DNA of 64,000 nt from the human T2T-CHM13v2.0 reference genome, Homo sapiens. A program made the position numbers and the translations under genes. Below are positions 17,223 through 43,975 of the stretch, in pieces. Every line of letters starts with the position of its first letter. Position 1 is the stretch's first letter. The notes below the pieces were generated by a model that worked only from the letters and a program-made list of their open reading frames with translations, was not told where the DNA came from and ran no database searches. The stretch lies in NCBI RefSeq assembly GCF_009914755.1, contig NC_060946.1. One strand, written 5' to 3'.

Positions 17223-17890
17223 CTGTTGGGGGTGAGAGGTATAGGTCAGTGAGCTGCTGGGACCCCCAGCAGATGACCTCCCCAAGGTTGGCTAAGTGGT
17301 GGGGACGGGGGAGGTGGGGTGGCCTGGTTCCCTGTAGCAGCAAGACTCCCTGAGTTCCCTCTGCCTTGGTGGAAGACCATGCTGGGGAGGGGATGACCCT
17401 AGACACAAGTCTAGGAGACCTGGATTTGAGCTCCAGCTCTGCCCAGCAGCCTTGGACTGCTCTAGGCCTCAATGTTCTCATCTTGAAAATGGGAATAATG
17501 TTCCCACCCCACCTTCCTTAAATAGCAACAAGAAGATCAGATGTGTCCTGTACCCTGGAAGCAGTGGCATGCATAAGGAAGACCACCAGGCCTTAGAGGG
17601 GCAGCTGAACAAAAGAACAGGGGAGAACTGATGGGCTGATATGGAACATTCCAAGACAGTGAATTGAAAAAAGGAACCAAGGAACAGAAGAGGATGTGTG
17701 GTATGCTACCTCATGTGTTGAGGTGGCAAGGACATCCAGAGATGCTAATTTATGCATCACCTCTTAATGGCGACTTAAGAGATTGACAGTAGACCAGGCG
17801 CAGTGGCTCACACCTGTAATCCCAGCATTTTGCGGGGCTGAGGTGGGTGGAGACCAGCCTGACCAACATGGAAAAACCCCATCTCTACTA

Positions 17891-18156
<266 letters not shown>

Positions 18157-18271
18157 TTAGAATTTATAAAAATCCTGGGCCGGGCACGGTGGCTCACGCC
18201 TGTAATCCCAGCACTTTGGGAGGCTGAGGAAGGTGGATCACGAGGTCAGGAGATCGAGACCATCCTGGCTA

Positions 18272-18667
<396 letters not shown>

Positions 18668-18932
18668 TCACCTGAAGTCGGAAATTTGAGACCAGCCTCA
18701 CCAACATGGCGAAACCCCATCTCTACTAAAACAAAAATTAGCTGGGCGTGGTGATGCACATCTGTAATCCTAGCTACTCAGGAGGCTGAGGCAAGAGAAT
18801 CGCTTCAACCTGGGATGCAAAGGTTGTGGTGAGCTGAGATCGCACCACTGCACTCCAGCCTGGGCAAAAGAGCAAGACTCCGTCTCAAAAAATAAATAAA
18901 TAAAAATAAAAATAAATAAAAATCATATTATC

Positions 18933-19392
18933 TGCACTGAGTTGAACAATGTCCCCTCAAAATTTATGCCCACCCAGAACCTCAGAATGTGACCTTATTT
19001 GGAAATAGGTCTCTGTGGGTATAATCGACCTAAGATGAGATTATACTAGGTGAGCCCTGAGTCCAGTGACTAGTGTCCTTATCAGAAGTGGGAGATCTGG
19101 ACACAGGAGAACACTATGTGAAGACAGAGACACACAGAGAGAACAGCATGTGACGAGGGAGGCAGAGATTAGAATGACAAGTCTACAAGCCAAGGAACAC
19201 TAAGAGTTTCCAGCAATCCCCAGAAACTGGAAGAGGCAAGGAAGGGTTCTCCCCTAAGGCCTTAGGAGGAAGGACAGCCCTGTCAACACCTTGATTTGTG
19301 ACTTCCAGCCTCCAGAACTGTGACAGGATAAACCTCTGTTATTTTAAGCCACCCAGTTTGCGGTATGCTGGCCACCCCAGGAAACTAATCTA
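18933..19392 (+). mobile_element. MLT1 (B/C-like) solo LTR
   Basis: TTGAACAATGTCCCCTCAAAATTTATG...GAATGTGACCTTATTTGGAAATAGG...GACTTCCAGCCTCCAGAACTGTGA...TTTTAAGCCACCCAGTTTG...GGAAACTAAT. Confidence 0.75.
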
Positions 19393-19749
19393 ATTCCTAG
19401 TAACAAAGAAACCTAATTAATTGTGGAGGAGAAGAAAGGAACAGTTTTGCCATCCTGGGAGCATGGCTGGGCCCATCAGCGGAGGAAGGTCCCCAGGGGA
19501 TCACACAGGCAAGCTAGAGCTAAGGGCAGCTGGCTGCCAGCAGTCTAGAAACTCAGACTCTGTAACTTCCCATCCCCATCCCCAGCCTGACCTTCACCTG
19601 TTTTTTGACTCCATCTGTGCCTTGATTTTCCCATCTGCAAAATGGCCTGACCCTATGGTTTAAAGGTCTTTTTCCCAAAGGAAATGGCAAAAGTACTGTA
19701 TGGATGGAAATCTACCAAAACCAGGAATGACCTGTGGAAAACGGATTAA

Positions 19750-19977
<228 letters not shown>

Positions 19978-21407
19978 TAGCCAGGCTGGTCTTGAACTCC
20001 TGACCTCAGGTGATGCACCTGCCTCAGCCTCCCAAAGTGCTGGGATACAGGCATGAGCCACCGCGCCCAGCCAAGAAGAAGGAATTGTCTAACAACTGTG
20101 GTGCTCTCCATAGGAGATGGATCAATGGTTCTTACAAGTTTATTAAAATGTAGATTCTTGAACCCTACTCCCAGCGTACAGCTCAACATGATTCAGCTGA
20201 CTATGTGAGGGACTGAACTTCAAGGTACAAAAAATGTAGGGTATGCTTTAAAAAGTCAGGATCAGCCAGGCGCAGTGGCTCAGGCCTGTAATCCCAACAC
20301 TCTGGGAGGCTGAGGCAGGAGAGGAGCACTTGAGCTCAGGAGTCTGAGATCAGCCTGGGCAACATAGCAAGACCTCATCTCTACAAAACAAACAAACAAA
20401 CAAAACAAAACAACTAGCCCAGGCATGGTGGTGCATGTCTGTGGTCCCAGCTACTCGAGAAGTTGAGGTGAGAGGATCGCCTGAGCCTAGGAGTTCAAGG
20501 TTACAGTGAACTATGATCATGCCACTGCACTCCAAACTGGGTGACAGAGCGAGACCCTGTCCCAAACAGAAAAATAAAAAGAAGAAAAAGGCCAGGGGCA
20601 GTGGCTCACGCCTTTAATCCCAGCACTTTGGGAGGCCGAGGCAGGTGGATCAACTGTGGTCAGGAGTTCGAGACCAGCCTGGCCAAGATGGTGAAACTCC
20701 ATCTCTACTAAAAATACAAAAATTAGCCAGGCATGGTGGTTCATACTTGTAGTCCCAGCTACTCGGGAGCCTGAGGCAAGAGAACTTGCTTGAATCCGGG
20801 AGGCAGAGGTTGCAGTGAGCTGAGATCACGCCACTGCACTCCAGCCTGGGCAACAGAGTGAGACTCGGTCTCGAAAAAGAAAAAAAAGAAAAAGTCAGGA
20901 TCCCATCCCTCAGAGTTCATTTCACAACTAGCAAATGCTTAAGAGAATTCAAGGAATACTGCTGGAGCTGATCAAGTCAAGCTTAAAATGGGAAAGCTGT
21001 AGTGGCTGAAACTGAAGGCAATTTGCTTTTCTCTTATTCCCTTAGCCACATATCAGTGTCTAGCCAGGTATGATGGCACACGCCTGTAGTCCCAGCTACT
21101 CAGGAGGATTGCCCGAGCCCAGAAATTCAACTCCAGCCTGGGCAATATAGTGAGACCCTGTTTCTAAATGGAAATAATAAAAATAAAACATAAATAATAT
21201 GTTAATGTCTGTTACGGAAACCAAATAATTGATTAAGGAGATACACCTATCTATCTGCAGGTCACAGATTATTTTCAAAGACACGATTATCAGGGCTGTC
21301 AAAGGATGAAATAGATTGGCTTACAAGTGAACTCTTCATGGCTAGGAGTGTTCAAGGGAAGTTTAGAGGACCATCTGTTATGGCTGTGCTATGCAGACAC
21401 TCTAAAC

Positions 21408-22548
<1,141 letters not shown>

Positions 22549-23375
22549 GTCTGAATTTGAGGTCCCTTTGAGTGGCTGAGATGCTGTGAGTCAGCCAAAT
22601 TCATGTGTGGGTTCTTATAGCTGGTGCCAACTTTGATGTGTCTATTAGGCTGGGATGGGGCATGCTAGGGGTGCCCCTGGGACTGTAAGACACCAGCTCA
22701 GACAAGAAGAACTCCTATTTATTCCACAAATATGTGCTGCATATTGGGGATTCACCCATATATGGAGACAGACAACTAAACAGGCAGCTATAGGGGTACA
22801 TGATCAGGGCGTGAGGAGGTAATTACTGAGGCCTGGAGAGCTAAGGAAGGTGCCTGACCCAGCCCGCGTGGAGGAAATCTTGGCAGCCTTCCAGGAGGAG
22901 GTGACATCTATGCCAAAATAGAAAAGTGAATAGTCCAGGCACTGTGGCTCATGCCTGTACTCCCAGCACTTTGGGAGGCCAAAGTGGAAGGATCGCTTGA
23001 GCCCGGGAGTTTGAGACCACCCTGGGTAACATAGGGAGATCCCGTCTCTACAAAAAATTTAAAATAAATTAGTTGGGCATTGTGGCATGCACCTGTGGTC
23101 CCAGCTACTCAGGAGGCTGAGGTAGGAGGATTGCTTAAGCTCAGGAGGTTAAGGCTGTGTGAGCTGTGATCACACCACTGCACTCCCCACTGGGTAACAA
23201 GACCTGGTTTCAAAAATAAATAAATAAATGAAAATTTAAAAATGAATAAAACTGAAAGGCCAGGCACGGTGGCTCATGTCTACAATCCTAGCACTTTGGG
23301 AGGCCGAGGAGGTAGGATCATTTGAGTTCAGGAATTCAAGACCAGCCTGGGCAACATGGAGAAACCCCGTCTCTA

Positions 23376-23693
<318 letters not shown>

Positions 23694-23806
23694 TTAGCCA
23701 GGCCTGGTGGCACAGGCCAGTAATCCCAGCTACTCGGGAAGCTGAGGCAGGAGAATATCTTCAACTCAGGAGGTGGAGGTTGCAGTCAGCCAAGACTGTG
23801 CCACTA

Positions 23807-24249
<443 letters not shown>

Positions 24250-24552
24250 CTAAAGAGTGAAACTGTCAATCTGAGGAACTGAGTCCTGGGTGGGACAGCA
24301 CAGCGAGGCATGGAGGATTTGGTGCCATGAGGCTGGGGGCAGGGCCGGGAAGGAGTCACAGGCTTCACGGGTCACCTTGAGGGCACAGGGGAGCCAGGAC
24401 AGGTATTTGAGCAGGGGAGTGAGGTGATGAGGTTTTAGTAAGAGCCCCACCAGGTGCTGTTGTGGAGAGGGAGTGGAGAACAGCCAGGTGTGAAAGGTGC
24501 TGGAGGCCAGGGCTGGGCAGTGGCAATGGCACTAGGGAGGTGAGCGCCTTAC

Positions 24553-24647
24553 CTGCCTGGTCCTGCTCCCCATACCACGTGTTCCAGTTGCCCACGAGTG
24601 AGCATGGGTAGTCCTCATCCAGGTGAAGCTTGGGCAGCACAGCCTCC
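24553..24647 (-). CDS. NIPSNAP1: NIPSNAP1 exon 4 ([31 protein letters not shown]), 95 nt
   Basis: CCCCCACAG acceptor, CAG|GTAAGG donor. Confidence 0.95.
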
Positions 24648-25211
24648 CTGTGGGGGAGGTGCAGAGAGGGGCAGGGTTCACATAGCCACCAGGGCCTCTG
24701 AGATAAGGGTTCAAACTCAGTTCAAACAGACCCTGGGGCTGGGCCTCAGACTCTCCATCTCTAAAATGCAGAAGCTAGGCAAGAGGCCCTCAGGACTTCC
24801 GACACTGAAATTTACATCCTGGCTGGGCACAGTGGCTCACACCTGTAATCCCAACACTGGGAGGCTGAGGCAGGAGGATTGCTTGAGCCCAGTAGTTTGA
24901 GACCAGCCTGGGAAGCAAAGTGAGATCCCATCTCTCTTTTTTGTGTGTGAGACAGAGTTTTGCTCTTGTTGCCCAGGCTGGAGTGCAATGGCGCAATCTC
25001 GGCTCACTGGAACCTCCGCCTCCTGGAGACCATCTCTTAAAAAAAAAAAAAGAAAGAAAGAAAATGGGGCCAAACGCAGTGGCACATGCCTGTAATCCCA
25101 GCACTCGGAGGCCGAGGCAGGTGGATCACCTGAGGTCAGGAGTTTGCGACCAGCCGGACTAACATGGTGAAACCCTGTCTCTACTAAATACAAAAAAATT
25201 AGCCATGCTTA

Positions 25212-25346
<135 letters not shown>

Positions 25347-25520
25347 TCAAAAAAAAAGAAAGAGAGAAAGAAAGAAAGAAAGAAAAAGGCAGAAATAAAA
25401 GAAATCTACATCTCCTGGATTTCTACAGAAAAGAACAGGGTGGAGGATGTTCTGCAAATTTGCTGAAAGTGTGTTCCCCACCCAAGCAGGGGATGGGATG
25501 TATGGATGCAGGGTGCTCAC

Positions 25521-25566
25521 GTGAGGCTGTTGTAGGCATCCAGGTATTCAGGCTTTACATTGTGAA
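25521..25566 (-). CDS. NIPSNAP1: NIPSNAP1 exon 3 (FHNVKPEYLDAYNSLT), 46 nt
   Basis: CCTCTGTTGCAG acceptor, AC|GTGAGC donor. Translated by hand; it is not in the ORF track. Confidence 0.93.
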
Positions 25567-25763
25567 CTGCAACAGAGGACAGAGAACAAGAAGTGAGGTA
25601 GGGTGTGTACACAGGGAAGAACTTGGGGTGAGGGGAGCCCATCAAGGCCAGGGGTCCCAGGACAGCTGAGGACATTCCAGACCCTCCCATCTCCTTCCTG
25701 GAGCCTCACAGGCCCCCAGAGCCCCTGAAAGGGCAGAAATTGGTCAGCTCAGCAGCCACTCAC

Positions 25764-25891
25764 ACTGGATCTTATAGAGGTTGCTGGTTTCCTTCTTGGA
25801 CAGCAGGGTGGAGTGGGCATCCTTCCGGGGATCCACTTTGTGAACAAAGAGGGAGCGGAACCAGCTGCCTTCATTGTCCTTGGAATAGAAA
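25764..25891 (-). CDS. NIPSNAP1: NIPSNAP1 exon 2 ([42 protein letters not shown]), 128 nt
   Basis: CTCTGTCCTGCAG acceptor, T|GTGAGT donor. Confidence 0.95.
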
Positions 25892-27100
25892 CTGCAGGAC
25901 AGAGGAGTTGAGGGGGACGCGCGGAGGTTGGGGGAGCCCCAGCAATTCCATCCACTTGGATGTCCTGCTCCCCTAGACCAGTGACCCACATTTCTGGGAA
26001 CAGGGCCACGGAGTCCTGTGGCAGCTCCAGACTGTGAAATGCTATTGGAGCCAGCTCCTTTCTACAGATATTCCAGCTGCCCAGTTGGCTTCTTGAAGCT
26101 TTGCAGAGCCTCAGGACGCCAGGAGAGGCAGCCCCACCTCCCACTTCTCTCTCTAGCCTCCCTGCCTCCACTTCATCCCCCTTCCAAGAGGTCCTCTACT
26201 TGGGTCATATAACTCCAGCCTCTCGCCAAGAGGATCAACCCCAAATCCACCTTGCATCATGCCCAAAGCCCTTGACAACCCAACCTAACTTGTCAGCCTC
26301 CCCTCCTGCCCCCTCACCTGTACACCTCACTCTCCAGGTGTGCTCTTCCCTGAACACACCAGGATCTGCTACTCTGTGCTTTCTGTACAAGTTCTGTCCC
26401 CTCTAACGAGAAGACTGCTCTCACCGTCCTCCCCAGCACTCTCACAGTGCACTTGGCCCATGTCCCCACCCTGACCCCACACATGGAAAGCCAAATACAA
26501 ATAAGCTTTGTCCTTGAGGAGCTCATAGTCCACTAGGAGAAATGGGCCTTGGGACACAATTATAGGAGGGGTCTCTGGAAGAGCCCAGGTGAACTAGCCT
26601 TAACTCTGCTTCTGGCAACCTGGGCAGACTCTCTACAGAGGAGGAGATGAGCTGGTCAGTCCCCAGGACTGGTTTGGCAGATAGAGGGAGTAAAAGGCAC
26701 TGCAAAGCAAGATGCATTCACTCATCCAGCCAACACCTGCTCTGCCCATCTCCATAGGATACTGAGAATGAATGAATGAATGATCAATGAATATGATTAT
26801 GTGCTTTGCCCATGAGCACTGTGGTTAAGGGCAGTGGAGGGTCTGCTGCCAGCTCCTACTGGACCAGAACTGCACTCCCATCCTAAACACATACCCAAGG
26901 TCCCAGCAGGAGGCAGGGGTGCTTATTTTGAGACTACCAATCTTCCCGCTCCACAGCCTTGGTGCAGCTTGCAGCCAGGCCTGAAAAGGAAGTCTCCCAA
27001 TGGAGACAATTCCTAGCCAGGGAGCCTGGCAAGAGGGATCCCTGAGTGGCAGCAAGCCTTATCCCTTTTTTCTTTTTTCTCTTTTGTTTTTTCCAAGTGA

Positions 27101-35090
<7,990 letters not shown>

Positions 35091-36249
35091 AACCACAGCA
35101 TCTTTAATCCTCAACAACCCTATGAGATACATCCTGATTACTCCCATTTTACAGATGAGGAACCCGAGGCTTAAAGAGTCCTGAGGTCACCCCACCTACA
35201 AAGTCTGAGTTAGATCTGTTAGTGCCAGGCAAACTCTAGGCTTTTCCCACGGTGTCAGCTTTATCCCTAATTATTGGGCAGTCTAGGTGGGGCGCTTATG
35301 CCACTCCTCTCTCCCAGCTGTCCAAAAGCCCCACTGCTCTGTGCTGTAACATCTCATGGCAGGCACTATCAGAACTTTGCAGCTTCATTCCTGGGCTGCA
35401 GGGCAGGAGGGATGGTTGCTTCCTTTTCACAGGTTGGGGGAGGGGGAACAGGTGGCCTCACTTCTTTGGTAAATATTCCTTGACCATACACAGTCCTGAG
35501 CCCTCTGAGGGTGGGAGGCTGGGGAAACAGAGAAAAATGAGATCATGGTCTAGTGAGAGAGACAGACAAGCACCAAGTCATAACTGTGCAGGGTCATATA
35601 TGCAGAGATGGGGGAAGTACAGGGCTGTGGGGACCAAGGAGTGAGGGGCTGCCCAGGGCCAGTCAGGGAGGCCAAGCCCTAGCTCAGCCCAGAGCAGGGC
35701 CCAAACAAAAGCCCAGGCTGAGAGCACATGGCCCAGCCAGACTCCCACTCCCAGGAGGCCACCAGTTGGGTGCAAAGTGCATGGCGCATTGGCAGGCCTG
35801 GGTCCCAGACCTGGTGCTGCCACGGCACAGCAGGGAGGGTGACCTTGGACAACTCCCATTCCCTCTCAGGTCCGTTTCCCCACCTGTACAGTTCGAGGTG
35901 GAGGAACAAAGGGTCTGTGCAGCCATGGCCCCTGGGGATCCCCCACTGCTCCCCTGCCATCATCTCTTTCCCACAGAACTTCCCGACGGAGGAGCTGACT
36001 ACCAGAAGCCCCCAGTGGGTGTTAAATCACAAGCTACGCCTGGGAATGGGCCACTCCTCCTGTCTTCTGCCCTCTCCCACTCTCCAGGGCCCAGTACCTG
36101 CCCTTCTCACCATCTTTCATCAGGTCCCCATCACAGCCCGGTCCCAACCAGGACAAAGACCCTACCCATCCCTTTCTCACCTCCCCCATTCTTTGCCCAG
36201 ACCCCTCCCTAGGCCTTGATCCTGCCCCGCCTCTAACCCCCAGATTCCA

Positions 36250-36650
36250 AGCGAGGAGTCTCAGCCCCTCCCCCACGACCCAGTCCCTGGCCCCCGCGCC
36301 TGCACCCCACCCCGCGCGCGTCTATCCCTGCCTGGCCGGGCTCTCACCGCGCCGCAGCTGCAGACGCAACGTCCCCAGCGCGAGGCCCCGGGCCCCCCAG
36401 CAGCCGCCGCGCCGTCACAGAGATGCTGCACAGCCGCGGAGCCATGTTGGAGCCGCAAAGGTTGCAGGAAGGCCCCGCCCCCAAGCCCTGGTGGCGGAGG
36501 CGGGGCGCGAATAAACTCCACCCCTCCGGCTCGCCCGCCCCCTCACTCACCCGGTCAGGTGGGCGTTTCCTGTGGGCGTCTCCAACTCCGCAGGTGCTGG
36601 ACGGAAGTCAGGGTTCTAATCCTCTGCGCGCTCTGCGACCTTGGCAAGCC
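36250..36650 (-). promoter_or_regulatory. NIPSNAP1: NIPSNAP1 CpG-island promoter with Sp/KLF GC boxes
   Basis: GGCCCCGCCCCC at 36471, GAGGCGGGGC at ~36498, CGCCCGCCCC at ~36532; CpG-rich. Confidence 0.8.
36348..36445 (-). CDS. NIPSNAP1: NIPSNAP1 exon 1, coding part ([32 protein letters not shown]), mitochondrial-presequence-like
   Basis: AACATGG Kozak context at 36445, CG|GTGAGA donor, Arg/Ala-rich and acid-poor N-terminus. The ten coding segments sum to 855 nt with consistent phases. Confidence 0.95.
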
Positions 36651-37075
36651 CTTTGCCCACTCTGGGCCTCAGGATCCACCTCGGTAAAATGGGAGCGTGG
36701 AACAATAATACCAAGGATTCTTTTTTTTTTTTTTTTTTTTTTTTTGAGACGGAGTCTCGCTCTGTCGCCCAGGCTGGAGCGCAGTGGCGCGATCTCGGCC
36801 CACTGCAAGCTCCGCCTCCTGGGTTCACGCCATTCTCCTGCCTCAGCCTCCCGAGTAGCTGGAACTACAGGCGTCTGCCACCACGCCCAGCTAATTTTTT
36901 GTATTTTTAGTAGAAACGGGGTTTCACCGTGTTAGCCAGGATGGTCTCGATCTCCTGACCTCGTGATCTGCCTGCCTCGTGCTCCCAAAGTGCTGGGATT
37001 ACAGGCGTGAGCCACCATGCCCAGCCTACCAAGGGTTCTTAACAAGGCTGTCCGGGATGTGCAGCAGAGGGTCAG

Positions 37076-38091
<1,016 letters not shown>

Positions 38092-38813
38092 TCAGTAAGC
38101 CCCCTGAAATTGTATACAACGTTACGTGCTCCTGTGTGGTGCATTCTCTGGGGAAAGGCATTCACATGCCAGGTTTATCACCATCAAAGAAACAAACTTC
38201 CTTACAAGTGAAGACAGGGGCAAGGCTGTCAGCTGCAGACACTTTATCTCCACCATCTCCTTTCCCCTTTTCATCCCCCTTTGACTTCTCTGCCTGAAAA
38301 TCCTGGGGCCTCTTTCTGCCCTGCCCAGCTCTTTTGCCCGCCCTCTAAACTAATCCCTTCTCAGCCCACAATCCCCCAGATCACAGACATTGGCAGGGGT
38401 GGAGAGCCTGCAGACCCCACAGGGGGCAGGGGCTTTATCCACTTCCAAAGGGGCAGGGACAGCTCCCCAAAAGAATGTCCACCCACTGACTAGTGGTTGC
38501 CTCCTGTTATGCTTGGCATGGGGGGAGTGGAGGCCAGGCCATGATTGCACCACTGCGCTCCAGCCTGGGCAACAGAGCAAGACCCAGTCTCTATAAAAAA
38601 ATAATAATAATTTTAAGATTAGGACCACGTGTGGTGGCTCATGCCTGTAATCCCAGCACTTTGGGAGGCCAAGGCAGGAGGATCTATGAAAATTCAAAAA
38701 ATTAGCTGAGCATGGTAGCACACACCTGTAGTCCCAGCTACTCAGGAGGCTGAGGCAGGAAAATCACTTGAGGTAGGAGGTCCAGGCTGTAGTGAGTTAT
38801 GATTTTTTAATTA

Positions 38814-38978
<165 letters not shown>

Positions 38979-39134
38979 TCATGCCTGTAATCCCAGCAGT
39001 TTGGGAGGCCAAGGCAGGGGAATCACCTGAGGTCAGGGGTTCGAGACCAGCCTGATCAATATGATGAAACCCCATCTCTACTAAAAATATAAAAATTAGC
39101 CGGATGTGGTGGCATGTGCCTGCAATCCCAGCTA

Positions 39135-39290
<156 letters not shown>

Positions 39291-39293
39291 TTA

Positions 39294-39473
<180 letters not shown>

Positions 39474-39804
39474 TTAGCAGAGTCCCCAGTCAAAGCCACT
39501 CAGGAAAAACCCAGGTGGGTTGATGGAAGCACAGCAAATGGTGTCATGTGGTGGGAGCAGCTCTTTCCTTAGGAACCCAGCGTGGCAGACTGACTGTGGA
39601 GTGGTGGAAGTGACCACCTCCGCCAACCTGACTTTGGACCTGAGCTTCAAAGGATGAGTAGGAGTCTGCCAGGAGAGAGGGAAGGACCAGCGGAAACTCA
39701 GAGGAAGCAATGTGTACTCAGTATGTGAAGGGGCTGCCAGAGGCCAGGCGCGGTGGCTCACGCCTGTAATCCCAGCACTTTGGGAGGCCGAGGCAGGTGG
39801 ATCA

Positions 39805-40466
<662 letters not shown>

Positions 40467-40927
40467 TAATTTTCTAACAATGGAATGGGCTGCCTTGGTG
40501 GCATGTCATTGAATTGTGTCAACAGAGGCCGAGTAGCAGCACGTTGGCTATGTGGTAGAGGGCATTTGGCAGTCAGGCCACAGCAAGCTGGACCCAAGGA
40601 CAGGGAGGAGCCGGCCTTGGTGGTTTAGGGTGAGAGGCTCTCACCAAAGCCTTGGCATTCCTGGCTGCCTCACACTGCCTCCCAGGTGAGGAGAATGAGG
40701 GAGGACTGACCTGCAGCCTCCTCCTGTGGGTCTTAGCATTTCTAAGAAGGGTTTTCCATCTCTGTCCAGCCAAATAGGGCAGGAGGGTGAAAAAAGGTGG
40801 TGCTGGGAGCATGCTTCCACCCCTGCCTGGGAGAGATGGGATATGGGCATCCCTCCCCAACCCACATGAACCACAGTGTGGCCGCTGACTAGAAGGGCAA
40901 CCTCAAGGCCCCTACTCCCACCTCAGC

Positions 40928-41040
40928 TAGGGCAACCACATATCCCAGTTTATCCTGGACTTTCTCAGTTTTAGCACTGAAAGTCCTCCATCCCAGAAAA
41001 CCCCTCAGTCCTGGACAAGCCAGAACCTTTGGTCACCCCA
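40928..41040. mobile_element. MER81-like hAT-Blackjack MITE
   Basis: Degenerate TIRs TAGGGCAACCA and TGGTCACCCCA around TTTTAGCACTGAAAGTCC...AAACCCCTCAGTCC. Confidence 0.7.
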
Positions 41041-41110
41041 ATTACGGCCCTAGTTCTCTCCCCAGGAGATATACCCACTCCATCCCAGAATCTTTTCCTT
41101 GCTTAACTAA

Positions 41111-41341
<231 letters not shown>

Positions 41342-41442
41342 TAGCCAGGATGGTCTCGATCTCCTGACCTCGTGATCCGCCCGCCTTGGCCTCCCAAAGT
41401 GCTGGGATTACAGGCGTGAGCCACCGTGCCTGGCCCTATTTA

Positions 41443-41853
<411 letters not shown>

Positions 41854-41969
41854 TCACACATGTAATCGCAGCACACTGGGAGGCCCAGGCAGGAGGATTA
41901 CTTGAGGCCAGGATTTCAAGACCAACCTGGGCAACATAGTGAGACCCTTGTCTCTACTAAAAATTTTTA

Positions 41970-42116
<147 letters not shown>

Positions 42117-42265
42117 TCACTCTAAAAGAAAAGGGGTATGCCGGGCACGGTGGCTCACGCCTGTAATTCCAGCACTTTGGGAGGCCAAGGTGGGCAGATC
42201 ACCTGAGGTCAGGAGTTCGAGACTAGCCTGACCAATGTGGAGAAACCCCGTCTCTACTAAAACTA

Positions 42266-42418
<153 letters not shown>

Positions 42419-43269
42419 TCAAAAAAAAAAAAAAAAGAAAAAGAAAAAAAAAGAGTGAGGGTGGAACTGGGCTCTCTTTGTGGCACTCAGTGACATACAA
42501 TGCTGGTTAACTGGGCACCTGATGTGAACTGTCCTTACCCACAGACCATTCATTCTGTGTAGCAAACCAGTTGCTGTATTCTGGTCAGCAAACCAGTTAG
42601 GATAAAATTCCATCAATAGGCCGGGTGGGATAGCTCATGCCTGTAATCCCACTTTGGGAGGCCGAGGTGGGCAGATAGCTTTGAGCTCAGGAGTTCGAGA
42701 CCAACCTGGGCAACATGACAAAACCCCATCTCTACAAAAAATGCAAACATTAACTGGGTGTGGTGGTGCACACCTGTAGTCCCAGCAATTCAGGAGGCTG
42801 AGGTGGGAGGATGGCTTGAATCCAGGAGGCGGAGGTTGCAGTAAGCCAATATCATATCACTGCACTCCAGCCTGGGTGACAGAGTCAGACCCTGTCTCCA
42901 AACAAAAAAAAAAAAAAAAAATTCCACCAGTAAAAATGTGGCTGAGCACAGTAGCTCACACCTATAATCCCAGCACTTTGGGAAGCTGAGGCAGGAGGAT
43001 CACTTGAGGCCAGAGTTTAAGACCAGCCTGGGTAACATAGGAAGACCCCATCTCTATAAAAATAATTTTAAAATATTAGCTGGTGGTGTGTGCCTGTAGT
43101 CCCAGCTACTCGGGAGGCTGAGGCCAGAGTATTGCCTAAGCCCAAGAAGTCAAGGCTTCAGTGAGCCATGATCATGCCATGCCACTCCAGCCTGGGCAAC
43201 AGAGGGAGATCTTGTCTTTAAAAAAAAAAAAAAGAAAAAAAGAAAAATTCCACAAATAGAGATTTAGAC

Positions 43270-43975
43270 AATTTCCAATTACTATGGAATAAATTACCCC
43301 AAATCTTAGCAGCTTGAAACAATCAGCATTTATGATCTCACACAGTTCCTGAGGGTCAGGAATTCTGGAGTGGGTGGTTAGCTGGGGCGGTTCCTTCTCT
43401 GGGGGTCTCACAAGGCTGTAATCAAGATATTGGCTTGGGTTAGTAGTCATCTGAAGACTTGACCAAGGCTGGAGAATCCCCTTCCACGGTGAGTCATTCA
43501 CATGCCTGGCAAGTTAGCGCTGGTAGTTGGCAGGAGACCTCAGTTCCTTGCTACATGGGCTTCTCCAGAGGGCTGCTTGAGTGTCTTCACCACATGGCGG
43601 CTGGCTTCCCCCAGAGCAAGTGATCCAGTAAGGTGAAACCTTCAAGGACTTTTGTGATCTGACCTTGGAAGTCACACTGTCGTTTTTGTACATCCCATTG
43701 GTTGGACATGGAGCCCTCCTCTGCAGGAGTCAGGGTCTTGTTCTGTTGCCCAGGCTGGAGTGCAGTGGCACAATCATAGCTCACTGAAGTCTCCAACTCC
43801 TGGGCTCAAGCAGTCCCCCTGACTCAGCCTCCTGAGTCACTAGGACTGCAGGCATGCGCCATCCATGCTCAGAATATAAATATCAATACGTGAGCAGGGC
43901 TGCATGTCTAACCAATAGGTGTAAATATCAACATGCGAGAGTCACGTGGGACATCCTGGAGGCTGGCTAGCACAA
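43270..43975 (-). mobile_element. Old MLT1-family LTR with an inserted Alu monomer
   Basis: AAATTACCCCAAATCTTAGCAGCTTGAAACAA...TTTATGATCTCACACAGTTCCTGAGGGTCAGGAATT is the antisense MLT1 3' signature. Confidence 0.6.

Noticed and set aside
35553-36219. 219-aa and 163-aa + strand ORFs antisense to NIPSNAP1 intron 1
   Set aside because: GC-rich, low-complexity Pro-rich products with no recognisable domain; open frames on both strands are expected at this GC content.
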